DNA of 64,000 bases from Octopus sinensis. Its lineage: Eukaryota. Under the pieces are notes generated by a model. It was not told the origin of the DNA and made no database searches. It was given only the letters and a program-made list of their open reading frames with translations. Where the stretch lies: NCBI RefSeq assembly GCF_006345805.1, contig NC_043022.1, positions 9,610,001 to 9,674,000 on the forward strand, given 5' to 3'. Positions 26,863 to 41,054 of the stretch are shown piece after piece. Both the position numbers and the translations under genes were made by a program. The first letter of the stretch is position 1. Each line of letters starts with the position of its first letter.

Positions 26863-28929
26863 TACACACCATGTCAAAAGTACAGTATATAAGTAAGGTG
26901 TGGTCTCAATCCATCTTGTTGGAGGGCATTAGCTCTGAATGAAAACTGACTCAGACCATAATGTCTTGCCCAATTGTGAGCCTGATATATGTCTTTTTCT
27001 GTCCCATCAGTGGTTGCTACATTAGTTCTGTACATCAGTTCTTCAAGAGCCATTTATTTGTTAAAAGGACTGTTGGCCATATTTTAAAAGTTGCATTTTT
27101 GCTGTGATGTTTACATAGTTACTAGCTATTTTATGGTTGGAGTTCTGAGCCCCTATATTGCCTAAACAACTATAACTTACTTTAACTGAGTTCCCATTAA
27201 AGATTTTATGATATCTTTGGGATACAGGAAAGTGTACATTTATCAAGGTAAAAGTGTATCTAGATGTATCTGTGGATATGTTTATACAAGATGGTGGATT
27301 GAATCATATTATTTATCTATTATGTTGTTTTATGAATCATATTAAGGTTGGTTTTATATGGTCTGCTTGGCATTGAAAATTCTTAACACTTTATGTGGCA
27401 GCTTTATTTAATCTGTCTGAAGATAGATTAGAAATACACTTGCTGATATTGGTGGTAATGTGCGTAATAATTATGGGCAGGTGACTGAAATATAGTTTTA
27501 TCATTCAACTTATTGTATGAGTAATATTAACCAGTATTTGATTTAAAGTTATGTCTGGGAAGTCAGCTATTTTCAGGTCAGCATTTATCATGATGTTATG
27601 ATTAAACTATCGGAATATACTAATGAAGATTGCTTTCTAAGTTTATCCATGTTACACCTAATCATATTTTAGGATATGACTAGTCCGTCATCTCTGTATA
27701 ATTCTATATTCATGGTTTTATTTTAATTAATTTTTTTTTGCCTTTATTTCTTATTCTTTTATTCTTTTACTTGTTATAGTCATTTTGACTGTGGCCATGC
27801 TGGAGTACTGCCTTTTAGTTGAAGAAGCCTAGTACTTATTCTATCGGTCTCTTTTGGTGAACTGCTAAGTTACAGGGATGTAAACACACCAACATTGGTT
27901 GTCAAGTGATGGTGATGGTGGTGGGGGCAAAACAGACACAAAGACACATGCACGCACACACACTCACACATATTCAGCTTCCATCTACCAAATCCACTCA
28001 CAAGGAGTAGAAGGCACTTACCCTAGGTGCCACACAGCGGGACTGAACCCGGAAACGTGCAGTTGGGAAGCAAACTTCTTATCTCACAGCCATGAAGTAA
28101 ATACATGCCAAGACCAGCATTGTCATAACAACCCATAAATCCATTGAAGACATCATTTTTGTTTCTTTTACTGAATATGAATCATTGTAATGACCTCCTT
28201 GCATTCAATACCATGCCAGGCAAAATGCTTTGTAGCATTTTGTCTGTGTTTACATACCCGGTTCAAATCCCACTGAGGTCGACTTTGTCTTTCATCCTTT
28301 TAGGGGGTTGGTAAAATACATACCAGTTGAGCACCGAGGTCGATATAATTGACTTATCCCCCTGCCCCAAAATTACTGGCCTTGGGCTAAATTTGAAATC
28401 AATATTACATGGATATCAGCACCAACTATAGTGTGATACATTTTTATGAAGTTCTGGAGCATACCTTAGAAGGCTTCTAGAAATGCACTGCCAAGACTCC
28501 ACAGTATTGAACTGGATAAGCCTATTGTTGATTTTTATCTTTAACTAGCAGTATGACTCGGCAACGCTTGGTCATAGTGCTAGTGCATGCATATACAGCT
28601 GCATGCGTGTGCACATACATGCGAGTACTGTCCAAATCTCCAACCAATCACATACAGGTAGCTGGCATTCAATTGGCTTATCAAGTTCTGGGCATTTTGA
28701 TTGGGTTTTGGATAGAAAATTCACAAAAAAGTCACTTCTATTGATTTTTTAATGGGTTTGCGGGGTGACTGGGGAAATGTGCACGACCACCCTTGGATGG
28801 TTTTGAATGACCATAGAAAGTGCGAGCCCTCTAACTGAAAAATTGTGTATTTGTATAAAGGACATGCACACAGATATTTTGCCGTTTATATATATAGAGA
28901 TACTGATTTTACCTTCTTCACTCCCTCAA

Positions 28930-28972
<43 letters not shown>

Positions 28973-31900
28973 CCGAGACTTTTGGCATTATGTCGTGCTT
29001 GAGAAGATGACCCATCAAGCTGAGCAAAATTGCACTCATGGCAAATACCGGTGTCACACAAATGGCACATAAGAGCACCTGTTACACTCTTGGAGTGGTT
29101 GGCATTTGGAAGGACATCCAGCTGTAGAAAACCATGCCAAATCAGACTTGAGTCTGGTGCAGCCTTCCTGCTTACCAGTCCTGGACAACAGATGTTAAAT
29201 GATGATGATAATGACTGATAAACCAAATGATGCTGGCACTATTCTTGCTAACGATACCTACTTGGCCTTTCATAGAGATGATTAAAGTCCAGTTGAGGTT
29301 TCCTATAAAGTTACCCTTGTGGTCATTAAGAGTTAGATAAAGCTTGCACGAACTGAGACGTTCTGCATAGTGATGTGTTTTAATTGGCTAATTCTTTCAC
29401 CTTATAATTTGCTATATTATGTATTATGGCCGATCTCAAAATGCTGAACCTTATGAAGGAGATGACAGAGAACTGAGAAGACCCACCACGACAGAATTGG
29501 GACCCTAAAACCAAGGTACCCTGTAAAAAGCATTGGCATGGGTGTTGGTGCCATGTAAAAAGCACTGGTGCTGGTGCCACATAAAAAAGCACTTGTGATG
29601 GTGCCACATTAAAAGCATCCAGTACACTCTGAGGAGTGGTTGGTGTTAGGAAGGGCATCCAGCCATAGGTGCAGCCCCATGACCTTTCCTCTTCCTGTCA
29701 AGCCATCCAACCCATACCAGCATGGAAAGCAGACCCTAAATGTTGTTGATGATGATGATGGCTATTTTTCTTTAAATTGCTTTATTGTAGTTTAACTGTA
29801 CTTGTTTCAATTAAAGTTGTACATTTTTTTAGTCTTATCTGAATGCATGAATAGGCCGACAGAAGTTTACAGAGTATTAAATACTCTTTAACTAATTTCA
29901 AAAACTGTCGGCATGATTATTGAATCTCGCTTTTCTTTTTTTTTTTTCTTTCTTCCACAAGCTTGATTAAATCTTCTTCAATCTTTCCAAGTCTTTGATT
30001 TGTGATGGGGGCTTCCTGCTGGTTTTGAAACTGAACTTGATATTGAGAAAAATACTTTCCACTTCATTCAACTTAACACATTTTTTTCAATTCGATGCTT
30101 AGTGTAATGTTCATTTATTTGCTCAGCTAGCACTGTTGTGACTGTTTGGTAAGAAGTTTGTATTTCAAACACATGTTTTCAGGTTCTATCCTACTGCATG
30201 GTACCTCGGCTAGATACCTTCCAGAAAATATGAATGTCAGCATTTGTAAATATAGCTAGGATACCAGGAGGGGGGAACCAACGGGTTGGGACTGAGGGGC
30301 ATGTGTCACTCTCAAGAAAAGAAGTGCCCCCTTCTAAATAATATTATTACTCCCTTTTCTCCTGGAATTGTATTCCCTTCTGACTTTGCCCCCTCCCCCC
30401 TCATTGAAAAATTCCTGGGCCCACGCCTGGACACTCTCTCATAATTTTGGTAATCTTGAACATTTTTATGCATGTTTTCCAAGATCTGGTGAAAACACAT
30501 GACTTACTGGTTAAGGCATTGCACTCGTGATCATAAGATCATGGTTTCAATTCTTGAACAGGGCAGTGCTCTGTGTTCTTGAGCAAAATATTCCATTTCA
30601 TGTTGCTCCACCCCATTCAGCTGTAAATGAGTTCCATTAATAACTGGGAAGTTAATCCTGCAACAAACTGTCATTCCAGTCATGAGGTAGTGGTTTCAAT
30701 TCCCAGAGCAGGCAGTGCATTGAATCCTTGAGCAAAACACTTCATTTCACACTGCTCCAATCCACTCAGCTGTAAATGAGCTCCACCAGCAATAGCTGGG
30801 AAGTTAACCATCCTGTTCATTGGAGAGCATTGTAATCTCAGTCACCTATTTGCCATGGGACCCAGATTATGCCCCAGCCTTGCGAACCTTTGGGCTCCTG
30901 ACAGACCTAACTCTTAAGTTTCCAAGATGTACATGATTCTTTTTGATATGAGAATAGAGACATTTAATGTATCAAGCTGTGAATGATAATGATGATGACA
31001 ATGCTGTTGATGATGATAGTGGTGGTTATGAAGGCAGCTGCAGGGGTTAACTTATTATAATTTATTATAATGATTTTTAAAAATAATTAATGTGATTTTG
31101 GTTTCAATCATATATAATTACTACAGTTGCTTTCAAAACTCTTATCTTTTCAGGCGGACCCTACAAACACAGGCAGTATTGGAGCATTAGATGCTGCCAG
31201 ATTTCTGAAAAAGTCTTCTTTAAAGGAAAATGTATTATCACAGGTAATGTCAACGTTCTTACATATACACACAAATGCATTTGCATGCATGTGCACACAC
31301 ACACGAATGTGCACGTGTGCACATACACTTTGAGTTAACCACAGAGCTTCTATATGTTCTCTCATTCATCAGGAAACAACATCCAACACTATTGTCTTAA
31401 AGAGCTGTATGTACTAATAGAGTTTTCAATGCTTCTTAATCCCATAACATCGGTTGATGTAAACTTACGTGCACTGTGTACTTGCTTTGAATCAGATGAC
31501 GAAAATATATGTGTCTGTTATGGTTTTGTACCTGTTTGTGTACCGGTTGATATAAATATCCACTATCACTCGCGGAATCAATAATAGTGGTCACTATGCA
31601 AATTTCAAGGAATCTGATAGGTTTGTTAGAGTCTTCATGTAAATATTTCCAACTCAGTTCGAGACTTCATCACCATAATAATATAAAAGAAGCAATTTTG
31701 GTGGCTGCACCACCCTTTCCACTATGACTTCCTGTCAAATTTATACACGTTCAGCAAATTTTTCTGGCTCTTTACAGATTTGCAGCCGCATCCAGCTATG
31801 CCATTTTTGTTGAAGTTATGGTCTTCACAGTGATGGCAGCTTACATACATAAACAATGCATGCTTTAAAGCGGTCGATGTAAATATATACCACGCCATTG

Positions 31901-34103
31901 TCATGTGCTAATTGCTGATCCTGGCCATGATGATTACCATCAGTGCAACCTAGTTACTGATAAAAAAAAAACCCATTGTCATGGGGTTAACTCTTTTGAT
32001 ACCAATCTGCCTCTAGCTGCTTCAGGTTCTATGATGCAAACCCTCTGGTTTTAAAGTATTTCAAGTTAAAACCTTTCACCAAAATTTCAAGTTAGTTCAT
32101 GTTTCCAACACTGGTTTAATAGCAGTTATTTGTGTAAATTTTTTCATTATTTTAAAAATTAACTGGGACAAAGTTGGTATATTTCACAGGAGTGGCTGTG
32201 TGGTAAGTAGCTTGCTTACAACCACATTGTTCCGGGTTCAGTCCTATTGCATGGCACCTTGGGCAAGTGTCTTCTACTATAGCCTCAGGTTGACCAAAGC
32301 CTTGTGAGTGGATTTGGTAGACAGAAATTGAAAGAAGCCCGTCGTATATATGTGTGTGTGTGTGTGTGTATGTTTGTGTGTCTGTGTTTGTCCCCACCCC
32401 CAACAATGCTTGACAACTGATGCTGGTGTGTTTACATCCTTGTAACTGAGCGGTTTGGCAAAAGAGACCGATAGAATAAGTACTAGACTTCTAAAGAGTA
32501 AGTCCTGGAGTTGATTTGCTCGACTAAAGGCGGTGCTCCATCATGACCACAGTCAAATGACTGAAACAAGTAAAAGAGTAAAACAGTAAACAGAAATATG
32601 GCAATGAAAGGGCAACAACAATCCCTTTGATCATAGGTTTGTTGATCAAGGTTGGCCAGAAAGTAAACAACAATAAAACAAGCATTTACCTATGTGTCAC
32701 GTTTGTTCATTGGAACAATGAGGACCATCTAGTCATCCAGTAGGATGACTGATGACGTGTGTGGTGACTTTATTATTTAAAATGAAGAAGGGCTGTGCAC
32801 TGTCAACTCACTCTTTCGTCCGTGACCTTTTTCAGTCCAGTGGCAAGACCAGCTCAAGATGTCTAGGGATAGAGACACATTCAGTAGATGATCAGGATGT
32901 CTTGCTGGCCTCTTCTTGCTCTCTGTACTCCACAATGCATTGCTGCAGCCAACTTCCCTTCTGTTGAACCATGAAGGTTTCTTCTGTGGAGTCTGTTTGT
33001 CCATCGGTGCGATGAAGATCATCTGGTCATCCTTAAAGAAATGAGGGACGACTGGTGATTTCTATGGTGACTTTGTTTAAAGTGAAGCTAAGTTGTTCAC
33101 CTCCAGCCTCGCTCTCTCATACATGGCCATTTTCAATCTAGTGGCAAGACCCGGTCAAGGTGACTGGGAATGGAGATGGATGCTGTAGATGACCAAGATG
33201 TCTTATTTCCTTCATCTTTCTCTCTGCATTCCACAGTGTGTTGATGCAGCTATGTTCCTCTCCATTGAACCATGAAGGCTATTTTTTCCCATAGAGTCTG
33301 TTGGATCCAGTCTTCACACACATAGACAGGCAATATGTTAATTAACCTATAGCTGGAATCATGGCATACCACTACTATTCCAGTTCATATTAGACCTGGG
33401 AACAATAGTTCCACCACCCTCCTCAAAACCTTGGAACTCCTGAACCAGGATCCACTACTGGATGCACTTGACTCCTTTAGCATTTAATCTGGCCGTATCT
33501 AGCCCAAATACTCTACCTGTTTTATGTTAAACTGAACAGATTCAACCTCTCACACCTACCCTACAATGTCATTCTAGAAATATACAAACACACCATCGAA
33601 ATCTTGAAGCTACAAATTAATGTGTGGTTAATTCAAAACAATGTGAATGAATATGCAACACATTGGACAATAAACCTGAATGCTAAAGTACTCAAGTCCT
33701 AACCAGTGCAGTCACTAAGTGGCTGCATATACCCACACATCCACTCAGGCACATGCGGTCATGCATGAAAACTTCTCAGCTTTGTCCAATCCACACGATC
33801 TCAGCCAAACATAAACTAGTGTGGTGATATTCTTTTTAAATAGATACATATTTACTCTGTATGCTAGACAACAACATACTCACGTGTCCACCACCACACG
33901 TGCACAAATAAAATTTAAGCTGTATTTTATCTCATTTCCTTAAGTAAATTTGAAAATTTTTTCTTATATTTGTCTATAAATAAATAAATGCTAGTTCCAG
34001 TATGTCTGACTAATTTTCCTTTTTATCATTATTAATTTATTTATATACTATTAATATATTTATATGTACACTACCAAGAACTCTTATTCACACACACACA
34101 CAC

Positions 34104-34152
<49 letters not shown>

Positions 34153-36435
34153 TATATATATATGTGTGTGTGTTTGTGCAAGGATGACACATAAATTCAT
34201 GATGTCTTCCATATTTTTTTCTCAAGGCAGCAGTTCCTCATGGCGACAGTCCAAGTGTAAAACATGTGTGTGTTTGTATATATGTGTGTGTCTGTTCATG
34301 ACTGAGGTGTTTCAACACCCAGCACTTTGACAATGTGTGTGTGTGTGTGTGTATTTTTTTATATGTATGTATGTGTATATAAGTGTATGTCCATGACTGA
34401 TGTGTTTTAACACCCAGTGCTTTGAGAATGTATATACTCCATCATGCTATTGCAGCCACCGGAAAATACACAAAGAAAGTACACAATGTATATGTAATTA
34501 ATAATTTGTATGTGTGTGTGTATTTATATAAAATTAGGAAAAAAAACACCTTTTATCAATTCAAAATGAACAATTAAATTACACCCTCTAGAAAATTATA
34601 TATAATAGAAAAGTTAAAATTAAAATAACAATAAAATGTAAAGATTAAGTAAATTGCAAAAATAATAATAAAAACGTATATAATATAATATATATATAAT
34701 ATATATATATATATAATATATATATATTATATTAAATTAGAGAAAAAACCACTATTAGGCAAATCAAACAATTAAAGACTTAAGCCAATACATAAATTAA
34801 TTTATATTATTTAGATATGTAACAATTATACATATAATCAGATGTGACTCCAAGTCATCAGTGTTTACTCAGGCTCATCTCAGATTTCGCATAACACTTA
34901 CATGTGCACTGATAATTTAACAATAAGACAGAAATATAATTTTAATATAAAAATTATTCGCTTCATTTTTACACGAACTCCAATCTTCTTGATTTGATGG
35001 CAAACTCATGTTATATCCCATCATTCAGCTCCTTGTTTTCCAAGTCATTCAAAATGCTTTTCTCATTGGAAATACGAGCCAGTGAAGACAGCCATTCTTG
35101 GGCCATTGTGCTTCTCAGATATGAGCAGATTCTATCCAACATTGAGAAACTTCTCTTGTTAGCGACTGATGTTAAGGGATTGATCAGCACTAGCTTAATT
35201 AGTTTAATGAATTCTGGCATAGTGGAAGTCTGCTCTAATTTATACAGTAATTCTAAAAAGGAGCTGATTCTCTTGCACTTTTTGAAATCTCTGTTAATAT
35301 ACATATATTTTAGCTTGTCCACTAAACTCTTACAGTCAAAAATACAGGGATACTTGTTTTCTAGGGAGTCCAGATGTTGCATGGGAAACAGGTTAGCTAA
35401 CTCTTCAAACTGATTAATGTCTAGTAATTAAAAAAATGCATACTTCTGAATGTCACAAACTTTCTCTCGTAAGAACATCAAATTGTAATCAATTATTTCA
35501 AAATGGATAGTTTTGTAATTAATTTGTGCACCTCTGACTCTTGGAGGATGGTCGGATGAATTGGGTTCCAACTTTAGTTTCCAATGAAGGAGTCAGCCTA
35601 CCTGCTCAAAGAATTTCATGTTTTCCGCAATATTCCTAGCCCCAAATAGTTTACTTTTTATATCCAGCATTATGTCTTTCTCCATTTCTAAGTTAAGGGT
35701 CAAAATAAGGCAACCATACAAAACACAACTGATCTTTACACACAGACGCACAGAATAACAGCAATCAAATAATGACAGCAGAGTACCCAACAAACATCAG
35801 CGATCTGACTGTCACTTGTACTCATGACAAGAGATATCAGTTAGTCTTTTACACCTACCAGGCTCGTTTGTATTAGCCTGAGTTACTGGATAATTTTTCG
35901 TTCCTTTAAGAATATTGTAGAACTTTCCATAGATTGGAATTTACGTCCTAATCTCTATAGAAATTTATTGATTCAAGAAAACATTGAATTTGAATTACTT
36001 TTAGTTCATACGATTATCAATACAACTCTGGCTGTAACTTCTGAGACCGAGTCAGGTGTGCATGAACGATGTCGAGAGAACGTCTACTACAATTGATATT
36101 TTGTGACACAGGGTACCTCTAAGATGACTGCCAGATGCTGAACGAAAACAAATGAACTGCAACCAAGTTCGATAAAAGGAGCCCAAGTTATTGGCTGCAA
36201 TTACAAACTTGAAGTCAATGTTGGCAGAAATTAAATCAGCTTGCAAATACGCATTCACTTTACTAAGTTTATACCTGGGCTTAGCCCGAGTGCCAGAGTC
36301 ACCACTGATACACACACACACAACACACACACACACACACACATATGTATGTATATATATATATGTGTATGTATGTATATATATATATATGTATATGTAT
36401 GTATGTATATATATGTATGTATATGTATGTATATG

Positions 36436-36466
<31 letters not shown>

Positions 36467-36535
36467 GTATATGTATGTATATGTATGTATATATATGTAT
36501 ATATATATGTATATATATATATATATATTATATAT

Positions 36536-36577
<42 letters not shown>

Positions 36578-36627
36578 ATATATATATGTCTGTCTGTATG
36601 TCTGTCTGTATGTATGTATGTATGTAT

Positions 36628-36670
<43 letters not shown>

Positions 36671-39600
36671 GCAGACCAGTTGAGCTTTTGTCAATATTAT
36701 AGTTTAAAAACGAATTCTGCTGAGGCTGGCTTTGTCTTGTGCCAGAATTTGAAATCAATATTACATTAAAAAAATAAAATCATTTTAGTTCATGTCAGTA
36801 TTATATAAAACCATACAATACACACACACATTTCGTTTTGCAAGATTCCTGATGTGAAACAGTGTGTTGAAATAGATATTGTTGTATTTTGGGAAGGTCA
36901 TTTCTTTCCTTTTTTTTTTGCCAAATAAACACGCGCACTATATATTTTTTCTTCACTTGTTTATTACAGTTCTTATTTTATTATTTTAATTCATGTCCAT
37001 TGTCTGGAAATTTTATTTGGCAAACAAAAAAAAAAGACCATCCCGAAATACAACAATCATCATCATCATCATCATTGTTTAACGTCCGCTTTCCATGCTA
37101 GCATGGGTTGGACAATTTAACTGAGGTCTGGCGAACCAGATGGCTGCACCAGACTCCAATCTGTTCTGGCAGAGTTTCTACAGCTGGATGCCCTTACTAA
37201 CACCAACCACTCTGAGAGTGTAGTTGGTGCTTTTACGTGCCACCGGCACGAGGGCCAGTCAGGTGGTACTGTGGCAACGGCCACTCTCAGATGGTGTTTT
37301 TTATTTTCACCTGCACAGGAGCCAGTCCAGCGGCACTGGCAATGACCTCGCTTTGAATGTTTTTCACATGCCACCAGCACAGGTGCTAGTAAGGCGACGC
37401 AGGTAATATTGAGAGAGAGAATATTCATTCATCATCATTTTAATATCCATCTCTCCATGCTTGTGTGGGTTGGATGGAGCTTATTTGAGGCAGGTTTTCT
37501 ATGGCTGGAGGCTTTCCCTGTTGCCAACACTCACCTGTTTCCTACCAAGGTAATATTTCTCCCTGGCCAGGCATGTTCTTGGAGAATACTCGAAGTGAAT
37601 GACCCTGCTTGTATGGCAGCGACAGCTATAATCTGATGTCCAAGACAAGGAAACACCGCCCCCAACACACAACCATACGCACACACACACGTATACACTC
37701 CCATACATGCACATACACACACTAACATGTCTTTATAGAAGTTTGCCTACTCACAAATGCACACACACATACACACATGCATACACATATACACACACAT
37801 GTCTTTATAGAAGTGTTGCCTACTCACAAATACACACATACACACACACACACACACATACTAACATGTCTTTATAGAAGTTTGCCGACTTACAAATGCA
37901 CACACATACGCATATATATACACACACATGCATACACATATACACACACACACACGTGTCTTTATAGAAGTGTTGCCTACTCACAAATACACACACACAC
38001 ACACACACACAGAGTTTCCATCAATCAAATCCACTTATAAAGCTTTTTAGCCAGCCTGAGGCTCCAGTAGAAGAAGGCACTTACCCAAGACCACCACACA
38101 GTCAAACTGAACCCAGAACCATGCAACCGAGAAGCCAAACAACATACCACACAGCCATGCCTCTGCCTATAACTGTTTCTCTACTATATCTCTATATTTT
38201 GTATTTTCTTACATCATTTAACATACATAAATACACTATCACTTAAGCATGTGGCATTCATCCAACACAGCCTGTTTCACTATTGACAGAAAGCTATTCA
38301 TTTTAAAGCACATAAGATAATTCATCTGTCTGGTTTTCCTTGTCAGTGGTTGTTGCTGTTGTTTGGCTTCAGGTCATTTTGTATATCTGGGGTTAGGTTA
38401 TTTGTTTTTTCTTTCTTTCTCTTTTTTTTTGCTTTGGGAGGTGGGGCAGGTTTAGCTGTCATTGTATTTTTTGTAGTTTAGCTCCAAATTAGCAATTATT
38501 CATGGAATCTATTATAAGAGATGGTCTGGCATTCCGTTGCTTACAATGATGAGCCCCCCCCCCTTGATCTGGTCAGGGGTGTGGCTTACTTGTGAAGTGA
38601 AAGTGGGGGTCACGTAACTGGCACCTGTGCCGGTGGTATGTAAAAAGGCGGCGAGCTGGCAGAAACGTTAGCGCGCCGGGCGAAAAGCGTAGCCGTAATT
38701 CGTCTGTCGTTACGTTGTGAGTTCAAATTCCGCCGAGGTCGACTTTGCCTTTCATCCTTTTGGGGTCGATAAATTGAGTACCAGTTACGCACTGGGGTCG
38801 ATGTAATCGACTTAATACTTATGTCTGTCCTTGTTTGTCCCCTCTATGTTTAGCCCCTTGTGGATAATAAAGAAATAGGTATGTAAAAAGTAACTTTCGA
38901 GCATTGGGCCTCATGGAGGCAATGTGGCCTATGTTGGTGGCACGTGAAAAGCACCTTTTGAGCTTTGAGCCTCACGGAGGCAATGACAAATGATTGAGGC
39001 CTTTGGCAATATACTGTGCTTGAGTAGAAGACCCATCAAGCCGAGTGAAATCGTAGTCATGACAGCATGCCTGTGGCATGTAAAAGCACCCATTACACTC
39101 TTGGAAGTGGTTGGCATTGGGAAGGGCATCGAGCTGTAGAAATCATGCCAAATCTGACTGGAGTCTAGTGCAGCTCCTCAGCTTGCCAGCCCTGCTCAAA
39201 CCGTCCAACCCATGCCAGCATGGACAATGGATGTTAAGTGATAATGATGATGATGGTGATGATGGTTGAGTATTCCACAAACACACCTACAACAGGAGGA
39301 GCGTTTGGCTGTAGAAAATCTACCTCAGTAAACTCTGTCTGACCCATGCAAACATGAAAAAAAAGAAATGAACATTAAAAATGATGATGATGATGAGGAT
39401 GATGATGACAAAAGACCATGTAGTGGCTCTTCCCTTGGTCTGGTTTTCAATTGTGCTCATGTGTCAGGTGTTGGTTGTGTTTAATGATAGGATATCTGTA
39501 TCAGTGTCCCTCCTAAGTAGATGTCATTAACCTTCCTCTTTCCTCCTGGTACCATGTACTGTTGTGTGTGTGTGTGGGGGGGGGGGGTAGTGTTGGAATC

Positions 39601-41009
39601 ACTTCAGAAGGTGGGGTTAATTATTCAGTGTAGACATTTCCTGACACCCCACCACCTCAAAACAAAAAAAGAACAAACAAACAAAAAAGATTGGGGTTTA
39701 TTGTTACTTACTTAGGAATTTCCTGTGTTTAGTGTCTCCTTGACCTCTGATGGGCAGAATCGGGAGAGCATCAGAAAGAATGCCTTGTGCCATTCCTTAT
39801 GAATCTCTGTCATGTTCTTAGGTCAAATCCTGTTGAGGTTAACTTTGCCTTTCATTCTTTCAGGGGTTGATAAATAAAATACCAGTTGGCTTCTGGGGTC
39901 AATTCTTCTCTCTCTCTCTCATTCACTCTCTCTTTCACTCCATCACTCTCTGTCTTTTTTCCGACTCTCTCTCCCTCTCTATCTCTTTTACTCTGTCTCT
40001 TTCACTCTCTCCACTTCTCTTTTCTCTCTCTCTTTCACTCTCTCTTTAACTGATTCTCCTTTTCTCTCTCTCTCTCTCTCCCTCACTCTGGATTGTACTT
40101 CAGCATGCAATTCAAAACTCTAGCCTTATTGTGCTGTCTCATGCTGAATTGGGCTAACAATTATGTTATGGGTACATGTGTCTTTGGAATACTCAACCAG
40201 TTGATTGAACAACTGGATGTTCAGTGTCAAAGCCAACAGACAATACCCCCATCCCGACACCCTCACTGACCCCCCACTGACAAAACAGATCTAGGGATAA
40301 TGAGAATGAACAAGCTGACAAGGTGGGGACGGGGGCAATTGATGCAATCACCTTACCTGCCAGAAATAGCAGCTAAATCTCAAATCACAGCCAACTGTCT
40401 TGAAAGAAGAAGGACGTACTGGACAAGGTAATCCCTGAGATCCTAGAAAACGATGGTTTTGTCTGGAATGCCTTTGTGTGTGTGTTTTTTTTTTGTTTTA
40501 GTCAGTGTTAAGACCAACTACCAGTAAAAGGGTAATAAATCCCCTTTCGATCATAAGTGACCATGGGATTGCACCTAAATACTGCTTGGCACCAGTGATG
40601 ATATAACTCATTTCTACAGCTGAGTGAACTGGGGCAATGTGAAATAAAGTATCTTGTTCAGGAATCGAATTCACTACCTCATAATTGTGAGCTTGATGCT
40701 CTAACCACTGAACCATGCACCCTCATATCAACCCTACAAGATGATTAATGATCAAGTCTTGACCAAATACTGTAAATCATTTTAGCATGGTCTGGACTGT
40801 TTCTATCACTCTAGTAACATTATTTTGAAGCAAGGGTTCTCAACCAGGACCCATATGACCCTTGGGGGTCTATATAAGATTTTTGGGTTAAAATTTATCT
40901 GCAATAAATTGCTTACACTTCTACAATACACAAAATATTTTAGTCATTTTTTTAAATACAATTCTTTGTATTTTATCATAAAAATATAATAGGAGTTTTT
41001 AGACATCAT

Positions 41010-41054
<45 letters not shown>

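Noticed and set aside
31590-31920. Non-repetitive block downstream of the 31154 exon as an alternative exon or TE ORF
   Set aside because: No convincing splice pair or protein motif in any frame.
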